Assembly (NCBI RefSeq): GCF_018350175.1
Contig: NC_058377.1
Location: 10,106,001 to 10,170,000 of the forward strand
Origin: Felis catus
Taxonomy: Eukaryota
Direction: 5' to 3'
DNA length: 64,000 bases
In this document: positions 1 to 13,653 of the stretch, piece after piece
Numbering within the stretch: the first letter of the stretch is position 1
How the letters are laid out: each line of letters opens with the position of its first letter
The notes under the pieces: generated by a model
Databases searched by the model: none
Told to the model about the DNA's origin: nothing
What the model saw: the letters and a program-made list of their open reading frames with translations, nothing else
Program-made: the position numbers and the translations under genes

Positions 1-52
1 TCACTGTCTTATCCTGTTAATTTTTCACTGTGGCTTCTTTTTCTTCCTCTAG

Positions 53-133
53 GTTTTCCACGATGACGATGCCATCCCTGGTTGGGAAGGGAAAATTGTA
101 GCCTGGGTGGAAGAAGACCATGGAGAGAATTAA
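53..133 (+). CDS. DIXDC1: DIXDC1 last coding exon (end of DIX domain)
   Basis: Pyrimidine tract + AG at 51-52; reads [29 protein letters not shown], the DIXDC1 C-terminus; DLAT follows as in human. Confidence 0.95.
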   Translation, partial: [26 protein letters not shown]

Positions 134-1377
134 TGCTGAGTATTAGACTGGGGGCTTGTGGAACTTGGCGCCCCCTGGCTGTTTCACTCAGGAAAGAGGA
201 CTAAAACCAGAATACACTAAGAAGTTTCTAGTTCGTGCTACCAAAACAGAAGCTTCTCCAAGTGTAACAGCCCCAGGCCAGTGCTGTTTCTGTGCCTGGT
301 ATATGTAGTACATTTTTTAAAACCCCTGTCAACTGTAGACCATGGGTCCATCTGGAGTTCCTTGTCCGTGGGAACACAGTGTTTTATTCTACTCTGAGGA
401 CAACAAACCAAAGGCCTTAACCAATGGGAATGGATGATCCCGCTCCTGTAGGGGCATGGCTGCTATTATCTGGAACCTGGGAATTGGATGCATCACTCCT
501 GTGTGTTACAGTTTTATTTTAATTGGCCTCAATGGTTGCAGCAATCAGAGTCCCAGCATTTGTACTCACAGACAAGGCAAAGGTACCAGCTTTTTTGCTT
601 CTTTGCAGCTATTGCAAACCAAGAATAACTCATGAGGCGGTACCAAAGATGAAAACCCACTCTTCAGGAATTTTTTGGACCGGACATGGATGGTGCTGAA
701 CTGTTGACTGGATGGAAAAAGCCCATATCGTGCTATACTTGCTAAAACCACGATTGAGGAAGACCTTTGGCTGCCTCTTGTGTCTTAACTGGTTCTGCAA
801 CTTGTCCTTTAGCCCATGGAGGGCATGTTTCATGTACTGCCAGTTTTCTCTAGGGACTCTGTCACTGTAGAGCCATGTTTTCCCCTTCCAACTGATGAAC
901 TTTGTGTTTGAAAGGAAAAAGGAGTTTAAAGTCTCCTTAAAAATCCAGGCGGGTATGGAAAGGTGCTGCTACCCATATTTTCTTGACTTTCTTTCTCTCA
1001 TGACTTCCTGTAGCTCGTGGCATCTCCTCTGCAGTCAAAAGGAGACAGACCATTAATTTTGGTATTTGTGATTTATGAGTACTGAGCATGAGTCACTGGT
1101 CTGCCCCTCCTCATTTCAAGGCCAGAGTTATTTTCTATTATATATTTAGTCTAGGTTGATCCTTTAGGGCACAATAGGAACCATGGGGCATGGAGCATGA
1201 GTTGTGAATGGCAGGGTTGATTCTGGGTAAAAAACCTAGAATCCTTTCTCATGTGCAACACTGTCCAGTGTAGAAGCTAAAAGAAGAGTTAAACTTCAGA
1301 GATTACTGAATAACTAGGGTTTTCTCAGTCACTTACCAAACACCATCAACTAATCAGCCATATGTATATATATGTAT

Positions 1378-1421
<44 letters not shown>

Positions 1422-3390
1422 TCATTCCCCAAAGCAGTCAGCCTGTGACCACTGCCAACCAGAAGAGTCAGACATGTCAGTTCTGGGTTCTTGATCTGTC
1501 TGTCTCTATTTCATCTCCCTTTTCCAACTGTTTTAACAAACTACTCACTGGAGCTCTGAAATGACATTTTGTTGTTTTATATAGATGTGTCTTTTAAAAA
1601 TAGTTCATGTTTGGAGAATTCTTTTGTACTCATTTGCCTTTTGTCTGAGAACCATGTCTANNNNNNNNNNNNNNNNNNNNNNNNNNNNNNNNNNNNNNNN
1701 NNNNNNNNNNNNNNNNNNNNNNNNNNNNNNNNNNNNNNNNNNNNNNNNNNNNNNNNNNNNNNNNNNNNNNNNNNNNNNNNNNNNNNNNNNNNNNNNNNNA
1801 TGCTGATGACAACTAACTCCTGGTTCTAATTCTACCTGCCATTTTCCTCGTGGAGGTAGTTTTATGTTGTGGAGGTAGTTTTACATAATCTATTTGATTG
1901 CTCCTCTAGCAGATGGAAGGAGCTCATAAGATACCTGATATCTTTCAGTAAGTTCACTTGATCTTCTCCTTTTGAAGAATTTCTCATCAAAAATGACTGG
2001 GAAAGTTTGGGACAGTCAGTCAAAAGCAAGAATAATACATTATGAAGCAAACAGAAGAAAACAGTATATTCTGAGTGTTTTTTTCCCCCAGGAAGTCTGG
2101 AATAAAAGTCCTCATGTCACCAATTTCTCTGTTGCATGAATTTTAGTGTTTTACTATAAGACAGCATGAGAGTTGTCAGGCCAAAATCCGTTACTGTATT
2201 TCCAGTACAATTGATCTTGAATGTCTGTTTCTTTAGTTTTTACTTGTCAGTTTTCTTTGAGCAAACGTCCTTACCGTTATGGAGAATTTAACTTTTCAGA
2301 GAAAATTGAGTGGAAGAAAAATGCCAAAGTCCTTCACCTTATTTGGCTTTTATAGCTCTGTCCTTTGGAAGAGGAGATGCATGGCCTTAGTGCCTCTATA
2401 GAAATCTGAAGTTGAAGTCAGGGGAGAAAATGAGGTAATTTTTTCCCCTTTAGCTCATGAATCTCCTATGCCACAGGTAATAACGAAACACCCGGATTAT
2501 AGGATGTCACTCCAGTAATTCTTGTGTACAGTGTATTGGCAATCCTCATTCCAGTTTCTGAAGACCAGAACCTTGTGAGGAAGTGTTGTGCTTTGGTTCC
2601 TTCTGGTTTGAATTGATTGCTGTTTGTTACTCTGGCTGTACTAGAAGCCTCTTGATTTATTCAGAGAACTGTCCCCTAGTGACATTTTTGAGGGGTAGTC
2701 CATCCTGACACTGCTGAAATTCTCTTTGAAAAAACCAAGGGACTAGAATGTCTTGAGCTCACATAACCTGTAAATCCTGTTAGATTAAAAAAAAATGATC
2801 CTCTCACAAAAACTAGTTTAGAAGAAAGTTCAGTTCCTCAAAAGTCATCATTTAAAAATTGACAACTATTCTCAGTTCCCTAAATTAGCTGGAATTGGAA
2901 CACTATATAATTTGTACCTAAAGAATTTGAGTTAAACTCTCCTTATTGGCATTCCTACTTACTACCATTTCAGCTCCTTTTGACCAGGATAGTTGAAAAT
3001 TAGGGAAAACACATCAAATCCAAGAGGACTCTAATAATTACTGAAAAGCATTTATGGCATAATTATAATTTTCATTTTTTCCATAAAATAAGCATTATGA
3101 TTGCACACTCCTATTGTCTGAATTTATGTAAGAGGTATAGCTTGCTCAAAATATATATGTAAAATTATATTTTTCTTAGAAACATGGATGTTTGCAAGCA
3201 TTGCTTTCAAAGAGATTACCACCATGCATTCTCCCTGTTTTATGTTTTCATGAAGACTGTGTTATATCAGAGGCTTCTGATTATCAAAGTGATAACCAGT
3301 TTTTTAACTGCCTGTATGTACCAGATTTGTGAACTAATTTTTAAAAAAGCAGAAAAAACCATGAATAAAATGGAGTTTGCAAACTAAATA
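134..3390 (+). other. DIXDC1: DIXDC1 long 3'UTR
   Basis: Repeat-poor stretch after the stop; AATAAA at 2101-2106 and 3364-3369; 3' end approximate. Confidence 0.65.
1360..1420. repeat. (TA/TG)n-(CA)n microsatellite
   Basis: Alternating purine-pyrimidine tract ending in about 20 CA units. Confidence 0.95.
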
Positions 3391-3683
3391 CCATTCATCA
3401 TTTTCACTTGTGTTTATTGACCGAAATTAATCAGTAAAGCCATTTACATTTAGTGAAAGTCCATTCCCTCAAGTGATCTCCCTGGTAGCATGTTTACTCA
3501 TTACTTGGGGAGTGGAGATAAGGATTACTTCATTGCTATAGATATTTTACCGTTGTTATTTCAAATGTAAGCACGAAACATTATTATTGTCAAAGAAAAT
3601 TCATTGACTTAGCACTTCTTTTGAAATTATATGTAAATGTGCAAACAAATAAGAACCTGAGCATCAACTATGTAACAAAAGTC

Positions 3684-3894
3684 TTTTTTTTTTTTAATGT
3701 TTATTTTTGAAGGAGAGACAGAGTGTGAGCAGGAAAGGGGCAGAGAGAGAGGGAGACACAGAATCCGAAGCAGGCTCCAGGCTCTGAGCTGTCAGCACAG
3801 AGCCCGACGCGGGGCTCAAACCCATGAGCCATGAGATTATGACCAGAGCTGAAGTCGGACACCCAACCGACTGACTGAGCCACCCAGGAGCCCC
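3684..3894 (-). mobile_element. CAN-SINE (felid type)
   Basis: Reverse-complement tRNA-like head, CT tract and A tail; flanking ACAAAAGTCTTT repeat. Confidence 0.9.
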
Positions 3895-3963
3895 TGTATG
3901 ACAAAAGTCTTTAATGCAAAAGAGACATCAGAGACTTTCAAAAATGTGTATTTAAAACAACCA

Positions 3964-4150
3964 GGGGCACCTGGGTGGCTCAGTTGGTTAAGCGTCCAAC
4001 TTCAGCTCAGGTCTTAATCTTGCAGTTTGGTTCGTGGAGTTCAAGCCGGGCGAATGGCTCTGTGCTGACAGCTTAGAGCCTGGAGTCTGCTTCGGATTCT
4101 GTGTCTCCCTCTCTCTCTCTCAAAAATAAATAAACATTAAAAAAATAATA
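3964..4150 (+). mobile_element. CAN-SINE
   Basis: GGGGCACCTGGGTGGCTCAGTTGGTTAAG head, CT tract, AATAAA and A tail. Confidence 0.9.
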
Positions 4151-4646
4151 AAATAACAAGAGAAAACCAAACTTCATTAAAAAAAAAAACCCAACTATTC
4201 AGTCCACTCAACAACTGCATCTCTTTCTCTGCCATCTCATTTTTTACTTTTTACAGTTTCCTACTTGAGTATGAAATAGTACTGTCTTTAATTTTCCAAA
4301 TGTTTAATTACTAGCAAAGGGTGACATATTTTCAAATGTTGGTTTTTCCTTTTTTTCTTGTTCTTGGTGTTCTATGACCATCTGTACACTGGGGACTTAG
4401 AGATCTAAATACAGCTCAGAAATGAGTTTTTTTTTTTTTTTTAAATTACAGGATGATAATCCTACAGAAGCGTACCTAACAAATGTTGTAGGTAACTTCA
4501 TTTATTCAAACCACACGAACTCAACCTCCACTATTTACCAGATACTATACTAAACTCCGGGGATACATCAAAGAACAATATAGACATGCTCCCCGTTCTC
4601 ACGGGGTTATAGTTTAGTTTCGGTATGAAATACTTCAAGCATAACA

Positions 4647-4810
4647 GGGGCACCTGGGGGGCTCAGTCGTTATCTCACAGAGCGCCTGAGCCCTATAGCT
4701 CGGAGCCTAGAGCCTGCTTCAGATTGTCTCCGTCTCTCTCTGCCCCTCCCCGTCACGCTCTGGCTCCCAAAAAATGAATGAACATTTTAAAAATTAAAAA
4801 AAAAAAAAAA
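4647..4810 (+). mobile_element. CAN-SINE, internally deleted
   Basis: SINE head and tail with the B-box region missing; TSD GAAATACTTCAAGCATAAC / GAAATATGTCAAGCATAAC. Confidence 0.85.
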
Positions 4811-5039
4811 GAAATATGTCAAGCATAACGAAGTTTTTTTGCGATCTAAAGGGATTCTATAGATTAGAAACGCAAATCTGTTTTGTAACCTTGTATCTTC
4901 CTACGCTTAGTCCCGTTACAGCACAGCTGAATGGGGAAACTAACCTTCCGTTTGGCGGCCCTTCATTTGGCTGGAAAACCTGTTCCCTGGGATGGCCGGT
5001 TATGCTACAAACGCGAAACTAAGGCTTTGTAACCTCCCG

Positions 5040-5990
5040 CAGACTGCACCGAGTGAGGCCCATACCTGAGCACGGAAGGGTCGGGGAGGGCGGGAGCGGG
5101 GGTGGGGGAGGTTACACCACAGAAACGAGCTGACCCGCTCCGCTCGCCAAACCTTCCTCAGCGCTCCAAGACCGCGCCCTTGGCCTCGGGCTCTCAGCAT
5201 CAGGCGCGTCCTCCCGCTCACCACTCCGCTTTTCTCAAAACTTGGCCACTCCTCTCAGCCCACCTCTCAGACCATTCTGCCTTTAGTAGCCGGCTCTTGC
5301 CGCCTTTTTAGGCCCCTCCCTGGAGGCTCCGTCTTACTCTGAGATGCCTTAGGACCCTTCCACCTTCCTACTCCTCCCTGCGTCTCATTTCTCCCAAACT
5401 TGCCCCTACGTTGCCTCCGCTGGAACACCCCTGCCCCCGTGGCTCCAAAGTAGTCGCCCCTACCCTCTGTGGGCCACCCGTTACCCCACTACCGGGAGAA
5501 CAGCGGACGTCCCACCCATTTCTGGTCTGGGGAGGGGTGCCGCCAACCTTTTGGAGCCCATTTTACGACAATGTGCGGCTGCGCGTTGTGGCTGACGGCA
5601 ACGCCGCACTGCTCTTGGAGAGGTCACTCCGGAGACGGCTTTGGTTTTGGGGTGTGGGGGTCGCTGGCAGTATGTGGCGAGTCTGTGCTCGACGGGCACG
5701 GAATGTGGCCCCACGGGCAGGATTCGGGGCTCGGTGGACGGCCTTGCGAGAGGACCCGGGAGCTCCGTGCGTGACCCCGCGGGCTGGCGCGGCTCCGGCT
5801 CGTTGCAGCAGCGGGACCGCGGGGTATGGCAGGGTCCGCGCACTCTGCGGGTGGAGCCCCAGCTCGTGGGCCACACCGAGGAATCGCCTCGCGCTGCAGC
5901 TTTTGGGATCGCCTAGCCGCCGCTGTTACAGCCTGCCCCCGCATCAGAAGGTGAGCCCCAGACCTGCCCTTCACGGGAGCCAGTTTGTCC
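5040..5990 (+). promoter_or_regulatory. DLAT: DLAT CpG-island promoter / exon 1 region
   Basis: GC- and CpG-rich; GC-box-like G tracts at 5078-5108; spans the start codon. Confidence 0.8.
5672..5950 (+). CDS. DLAT: DLAT exon 1 (mitochondrial transit peptide)
   Basis: MWRVCARRA...YSLPPHQK; donor gtgagc; 279 nt. Confidence 0.95.
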
Positions 5991-6429
5991 TTCAGGGCAG
6001 ACTTCTTGGCGTTGGAATCTTCTCTCTGAGTCCTCAGTGATCCTCCACCCCGTTCCTAGTATGTATCATTTGTCCGTTCTCCAATACCCAGCTTTGCTCT
6101 GGCTGTTGAGCTTATCTTTCTGTTTATTCTATTGAAGGGAAAGAATTCCAGGCTTCCCTCTCCTGATCTAGTCCATTGAAAGAAGGGTTCCAAACCTGAA
6201 GCTATTTGTGCAGTGTCTGCTGAATTAGGTGCTCTGTCAGTCCCACAGGATTGTGGAGCAGGAACCCTGTCACTGGAGAACTGGTGGCAGGAACTCCCTT
6301 TCTGTCCCCAGTGCCCGGCATGAGATGAGACTCAGTACACTCTTCGCATTAAGTAAAATTGAATGAAATATTAAACCAGACTGAGAGATAACATTTTTTA
6401 AATTTATTGTTTCTTCTTTTTTCCTCCAG

Positions 6430-6531
6430 GTTCCATTGCCCTCTCTTTCCCCCACAATGCAGGCAGGCACCATAGCCCGTTGGGAAAAAAAGGAAGGGGA
6501 AAAAATCAATGAGGGTGAACTAATTGCAGAG
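6430..6531 (+). CDS. DLAT: DLAT exon 2
   Basis: [34 protein letters not shown]; cag / gtaagt. Confidence 0.97.
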
Positions 6532-6856
6532 GTAAGTTGTTTAAAATATGGAAATGAGTCAGAAGGAACTGGCTTAGCTACACTGAGTGTTCGCTTTCCA
6601 GATAAGTACTTATTCTTTTTGCTTAAGACTTAGATGGTTTTTACAACCTGATATCAGAGAAGGTTGATTAGAGATGCTGTCAGCAACTAGCCAGACTGAT
6701 TTTTAGCTAAGGTGTTTTTTTAAAATAATTCCTTTCAGATCTATAATAGAGGCTTTATCTTCACATCTTCACCAGACTGTTGAACTGTGTGATTCTAGGC
6801 ACAATCTAATAAATTTCATACTGGTAGCACGAGCTTAAGCTCCTGCTTTGTGTTAA

Positions 6857-6985
<129 letters not shown>

Positions 6986-7142
6986 TGAGTAGTACTTTGG
7001 TAATTTGTGGAACTTATATGCTTGGTGGAGTATTTTAACCCAGAGTTGAGAAAATAGGAGTTAAAGGTTCCTAAGTCTACTTTTCTAGGAGCTAAATTTG
7101 CCTTATAACTCCCTGTATTTACCCATTCCTTCTCTTCCTTAG

Positions 7143-7296
7143 GCCTGAGGATATTGAGGCCTTTAAAAATTACACACTGGATTCCGCAGCAGCACCTACC
7201 CCGCAAGCAGCCGCAGCACCAACCCCCGCTGCCCCTGCTTCACCACCCACACCTTCTGCTCAGGCTCCTGGTAGCTCTTATCCCACTCACATGCAG
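7143..7296 (+). CDS. DLAT: DLAT exon 4
   Basis: [13 protein letters not shown] + Ala/Pro linker ...SYPTHMQ; tag / gtgagc. Confidence 0.97.
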
Positions 7297-8504
7297 GTGA
7301 GCCTCAGCCTCTGGATGTTTGCTCTAGAAAATTTATTGTTCATTATTTTTTATCGATGGCTATCCCATCCTGGACACTGGTGTTAAATATGGCTAGCTGT
7401 TGTCATTTGAAAGTAAGTTGAGATTGAAATATGAAAATTGAGTTTTACTCCTAGCTGTTATTTCCAGGTATGTGAACTAGGACAATTCCTTTAACCTTTC
7501 CCAACCTCCACGTGGTAGACAAGATAGTTCTTGGCAGTGTTCGTTCAAGAACATTATAGAGTGTTTAGTAGGCCTCACACGTTATCTATTGAATAAAAGT
7601 CATCAGTTGATGTTTTTCTTTGACATATGGTGTTTTTTTCTAAGAGTGGGTGAAGTAGTCCAGTAATATTAATAAATGAGGAAACTGACAATAAAGAGTC
7701 AGTGTAAAATAAACATATAATAGCATTGCAAAAGAGCTGAAGGGAATAAATAGTAATCACTGTTGGTTCTGTTAAATCTGTTTCTAAGAGACTAAAGCAG
7801 TTTATTAGATACTAGGGTTATCCCATGTATATTTGTGTTTTGAATATTGGAAATGGGTAAAAAAGCAGCTGGCCTTTTTCTGAAGGTTTAAAACTGAAAC
7901 TTTTCTTTCACCTAGTGTCTTTGTAGAAATTTCTGTATAGGAATCATTTTCTTTTTTGCGCATGATGTTCTTCTCCATGGTCTGTTGTTAATAGACGTTT
8001 TGTGTGGTGACGTTTTGTGCGATGTTCAGTTCACACATTTATTTCATCCTGTTTAGCAAACTGTCTCTCACTACATAAGACTCACTCATTTTTCTCCATT
8101 TTCTGTGTGTAGCTTTGTGTGCAAAGTGTTACAGTTGTGTCTTAATTATCCTTTAAGATACTGTGTAGAGATTATTGGCCTCACTAGTTTTTAAGAAATA
8201 GGTGGAGATGACAACTTCTGAACAGAAAAAAACATTTAAAAAAGTTTGTAATTAGCATTCTAAGTTTGTGTTTCTTCTTTTTCGTGCCTTCCTGAGGCTT
8301 TATTTGAAACGATTTTTCTCTCAGCACAATCCTGGTGTTGAGAGGAAGCAAACAAAACCCATAATAACGGAGTAAAGCGTCCAAATTCAGTGGACACACA
8401 AGCCATACGAATGTCAAAGCACTTTTTCATTTAGGTCAGCCAATCTGATGTTTAGATTTTATTGGAGCGGAAGTCACTGTTGTAAGAACAGTTCTTTTAT
8501 TTAT

Positions 8505-9620
8505 TTTTCCTGCAAAGAGTGAAAGTTTTACTTCTNNNNNNNNNNNNNNNNNNNNNNNNNNNNNNNNNNNNNNNNNNNNNNNNNNNNNNNNNNNNNNNNN
8601 NNNNNNNNNNNNNNNNNNNNNNNNNNNNNNNNNNNNNNNNNNNNNNNNNNNNNNNNNNNNNNNNNNNNNNNNNNNNNNNNNNNNNNNNNNNNNNNNNNNN
8701 NNNNNNNNNNNNNNNNNNNNNNNNNNNNNNNNNNNTCCCTCTAAACCTACTTTGCTGAAGGTTTTTATCATGAATGGGTATTGTACTTTGTCGTGTGCTT
8801 TTTCTGCATCTGTCAAAATGATCATATGGTTTTTATCCTTTTTGTTATTAATGTGGTCTTTCACATTGATTTGTAAATATTGAATCATTCTTGCATCCCT
8901 GGAATAAATCTCTTTGATCATGGTGAANNNNNNNNNNNNNNNNNNNNNNNNNNNNNNNNNNNNNNNNNNNNNNNNNNNNNNNNNNNNNNNNNNNNNNNNN
9001 NNNNNNNNNNNNNNNNNNNNNNNNNNNNNNNNNNNNNNNNNNNNNNNNNNNNNNNNNNNNNNNNNNNNNNNNNNNNNNNNNNNNNNNNNNNNNNNNNNNN
9101 NNNNNNNNNNNNNNNNNNNNNNNNNNNNNNNNNNNNNNNNNNNNNGCAGACTAGGTATTAACTCCTCTTTATTTTTTTCAAGTTTACTTATTTTGAGAAT
9201 GAGAGCATGTGTGTGCACAAGCAGGAAAGGGGCAAGAGGGAGGGAGGGAGAGAGAGTGAGGGAGAGAGAATCCCAAGCAGGGTCCACACTGTCAGTGCAG
9301 AGCCCGAAATTGGGCTCGATCCCATGAACTGTGAGATCATGACCTGAGCTAAAATCAGGAGTCAGATGCTTAACCAACTAAGCCACCCAGGTGTCCTGGT
9401 ATTATCTCTTCTTTAAATGTTTGGTAGAATTCATCTGTGAAGCCATCTGTGGACTTTTGTTTGTTGGGAGTTTTGGGTTCAGTTTCAGTGCTAGTGATTG
9501 GTCTGTTCAAGTTTTCAGTTTCTTCCCAGTTCAATTTTGGAAAGTTATATGTTTCTAGTAATTTATCCATTTCTTCTCAGTTGTTCAATTTGTTGGTATA
9601 TAATTTTTCATAATATTCTT
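8505..9620 (-). mobile_element. LINE-1 ORF2 fragment, gapped, interrupted by a SINE
   Basis: Translates to L1 RT-region motifs [45 protein letters not shown]. Confidence 0.9.
9171..9397 (-). mobile_element. CAN-SINE inside L1
   Basis: Reversed SINE; degenerate TSD GGTATTA.CTC.TCTTTA. Confidence 0.9.
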
Positions 9621-10037
9621 TTTTTTATCTTGGTAAGGTATCCGGAAGTTTGGGAGAATGAAGTTTCCTCTGAGTAAAAGGATATATGCTCATACAGAGC
9701 ACAGCAAAATTTTAATGAAATACTTTAGACCAAGGTCATTCTGTGGAAATGAAAAATTCTAGCTTAACCTATGTAATAAAAAAGAAGAAAAGATATTCTG
9801 TGTTTAGAGATGTAATTGAATTAATTTTGACTATCTAGGAAGAAATCTTTCATGTATACCCATTGCTTTTAACTTTGGAGGGGGAGGAATCAAAGTATGA
9901 GTGATAATGTAAAGCTTGAGATTTGAAGGATGATTTAACTGGTGGGACATTGAGGCATTGAACTTTTACTTTAGGAAGGCATTAGACAGATGGGAATTTG
10001 GATGATCAGAGTCACTATCATTCCATAAAGCTATTGA

Positions 10038-10259
<222 letters not shown>

Positions 10260-11719
10260 TGAGGCACTGAGTTTTCCAATGAGGGAAGAGGATTGCCGTC
10301 CTATCCTATAATGAGTGAGTGATAACATGAAAAATTTTAATTTTGGGGATTCATTTCCTGGAACAGAATATGTCATAACAGAAGTGTATGTAGTGGGATT
10401 TGTCAGTTCCACACCACACTCTAAATGAATCAAGGATATGTCAACTTAGAGATTATTTTTAGGTTAGAGTTTGCTTCTTAACATTCTTATGTTGCTAAGA
10501 AGCTACATCAGAACCACCATTCTCTAAACTGGGCAAGGGAAAAAAGAAGAAACATGAGAAAAGTACTTCTAAGGCAGGAAAATACCAAAGAATTTAAGAT
10601 GACTGTGAGGAAAAACTAAAACCAGGGTTTGGATTGGTTTCATAGTTTGAGAACGACTGATGGAGTGTTTATATACCTGTTTGGGTATCATGTTACATTT
10701 CCATGTATTCCCTTTCTGATTCATTGTTATGCTCAGAACAAAACCCACCTAGACAATTGCATATTTGTGATGATATTTACAGATAATTAGTAGATGAATC
10801 TATTTCCTATCCAGTCCTCAAAGATGCAGTGGGAGATTCTGGGCATCCTCTGCAATGGTGGTTTTTAGATTGTGTTCTTCCAACCCCCTGAGTCCTTGAT
10901 GGTACCTTGGGGCAAGGAGACTTCATGATAGGACTTTGTTGTGCCCTGCCCCTTTTCCCAACTTCCACCAGGGCAACCAATTTTTATCCTTTTGTATATT
11001 GTATTCCTCCCAGAAGATTTTATTAGAAGAAAGGATTCTGTTTGTGAAAAAGAAATAAACAAACATCTTGGTAACAATAGATGAGCTTTGCATTTTAACT
11101 TGAATACCAGTATAGCTATGGAGATAGTATTGTAGAGACTTTAGGCACTGGAGAAGTATTACCTTGGTCCAACTCTATTGTGGCCCTGAAGTTTTTTTTT
11201 TAATCTCTTATTGGATATTATTGCTTAACTGGAGAAGGGAAAGATTCGTCAAAGATGTGTTCATCAGGGAGAGGCACAACACAACAGAAAGCCCAGATCT
11301 GCAAGGCAAAAATTGTTCTCTGCGATGGCTTCTTTTAGTTTTACTTTTGAAACACTTCACATTGGAGTTCTTTCCAAGAGCAGTAGCTGAATAAAATGTT
11401 AAGTTGTAAATTCCTTAGAAACCCTAGTAGTACCATATTCTTTACATTGGAATAGTTGAATACCCAATATAATCTCTTTGGAAAACTCCAAAGGTGCTTT
11501 TAGGGGCATAATTTATTCCACATCACTGTCAAACCTAGTAGTTCCCTTAATTTAACATCCATGTGGTTCTTATTTTTAGCAGTACAGCTGATGTCATACT
11601 GGTACAGTTGATGCCAGCTTGGGGTCTTATGGGTCTGTGTAGGGGCTTCCCTTAGAGATGTTTTAGAAAAATATTCAGAATTAACTACTGTCTGTAATCT
11701 CTCATAGTGTTATTTAACA

Positions 11720-11875
11720 GCTATTTATTTAGTATTTACTTTGTACCAGGTACTGTTTCTAGGTTCTTGGAAAATATTAATTCTTATAACGTCCCTGTGA
11801 GGTAGGTATTATTGTTACCCCATTTTGTAGTTGAAGGAACTGTGACATAGAGAGGTAGAGTAGCTCACCAAAGGT
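11720..11875 (-). mobile_element. MIR
   Basis: MIR core-like ccctgtgaggtaggtattatt..cccattttgtag..gaaggaactg. Confidence 0.7.
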
Positions 11876-11938
11876 TGGGTAGCTTGCTTGAAGGAGAAGA
11901 GCTTTTTACTTAAAACTGCTTTGAGTTTGGTGAGATAG

Positions 11939-12214
<276 letters not shown>

Positions 12215-12293
12215 TAAATTAAGGGATTAGACTGGATAATATCCTAGGTTCCTTCCCGCCCTAAGACTCTACGAATAGAGAAGGAGATAGTTA

Positions 12294-12412
12294 GGGCACC
12301 TGGCTGGCTCAATTGGAGGAGCGCGTGACTTGATCTTGGGGTTGTGAATCCAAGCCCCATGTTGGGTATAGAGATTACTTAAAAAAAAAAAAATCTGAAA
12401 AAAAAAAAAAAA
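12294..12412 (+). mobile_element. short CAN-SINE lacking the CT tract
   Basis: tRNA-like head followed directly by AGAGATTACTT and an A tail. Confidence 0.85.
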
Positions 12413-12623
12413 AGATGGACATAGTGAGCATTTGTGGAGATCTACAGGTATGTGGCACTGCACTGCCCACCTAATAGTTGTTTGACCTGTGTCTGTTTCT
12501 TTTTTCCTACTATCATGAGGTCTGCTGAGAACAAAGCTGAGATGACATGTTCTTTTTATGCTTTAGGTGTAGATATGTATATGGAAGTTAATACTTCATT
12601 CCCCAGTTTCTGTAGAATTTATA

Positions 12624-12939
12624 TTGTTGACTCATGAACAACACAGGGACTGGGGCACTAACTGCGCCCTTGCAAATCCGTGTATAACTTTGGATTCCCC
12701 CCAAATTTAACTGCTAAGCCTGCTATTGACCAGAAGCCTTAACCAACAACGTAGACAGTCCATTAACATATATTTAGTATATTATATAGATTGTATGCTG
12801 TATTCTTAAAGCACACTAGAGAAAGAAGATGTTATTAAAATCATAAAGGAGAGAAAACACATTTACAGTCCCATACCATAAAAATCCGTGTGTAAGTGCG
12901 CCTGTGTAGTTCAGACTCATGTCGTTGGAGGGTCAACTA
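12624..12939 (-). mobile_element. Tigger2a/MER28-like DNA transposon
   Basis: Degenerate TIRs GTTGACTCATGAACAACAC ... GTCGTTGGAGGGTCAACT resemble Tigger2 ends. Confidence 0.75.
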
Positions 12940-13653
12940 ATCTTTGTTACTGTCAGTACTCTTGGTATTTGCTTATGATGGTCAGGTTTCTGTTTATAAT
13001 ACATTAGAACCTTGATGTAACATGGCTTGTTTTGCTTAGAATTTAGTCTTGTTGCTATATGCTCTACATTATATACTATATATCTATTATGTACTTGTGT
13101 GAAGTCCAGGCATAGATAACATTGTCACCAGCCTTCTGTAGATGTTAGAATCATGTGAGTTTAGATTACGTACAATATTTTTGTCAAAGGAAACTTGATT
13201 TCTTACTGCCCTACATTTGTGGGGAGCTGGCAAGTAGTAGTGCTGGTTTATTAAGGTATTTTCAACATGGAACCTTCCAGCATAATTTATTAGTTTGACA
13301 TGACGTTAACTGAAAACAAAAACCATGTTGGTCATGTAAGAAAATGAGAATAAGAAGCAGCAAGAGGGTAAAGTGAAGAAAGCCTATGAAGATATTATAT
13401 ACTGGATAACAGTATTAAATTTCCTGCCTCTCCATGTTATCACAAAGATAACTTGGTACTGTCTTTGACATAAAGTATTGTTGTTCCTCTTCATATTGTT
13501 ATATTAAGTTGGTTAAGCAGGAGAAATGTGCATTATGATTTTTGAGAGAAAGATAAAAGTTAATATATCTTGACTTCTTAATAAAATGTAAAGTCCTTAT
13601 CTTTCAGACCAGCCTTTGCAGTGGTGAATTAACAATCTAACTTTTTTCAAAAG

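Noticed and set aside
1661-1799. N runs (also 8536-8735, 8928-9145, 26303-26441, 29444-29644, 42325-42498, 54729-54890) hiding unknown elements
   Set aside because: Assembly gaps, mostly inside repeats or GC-rich DNA; those in L1 ORF2 are about the size of the missing L1 sequence. The gap at 1661 cannot be assessed.
5411-6040. 209-aa ORF suggesting an N-terminally extended DLAT
   Set aside because: It starts at a non-ATG codon in a stop-poor CpG island and runs past the donor; the transit peptide starts at ATG 5672.
8436-9570. Reverse-transcriptase-like ORFs as a novel RT system
   Set aside because: Degraded LINE-1 ORF2 interrupted by a SINE and N-gaps.
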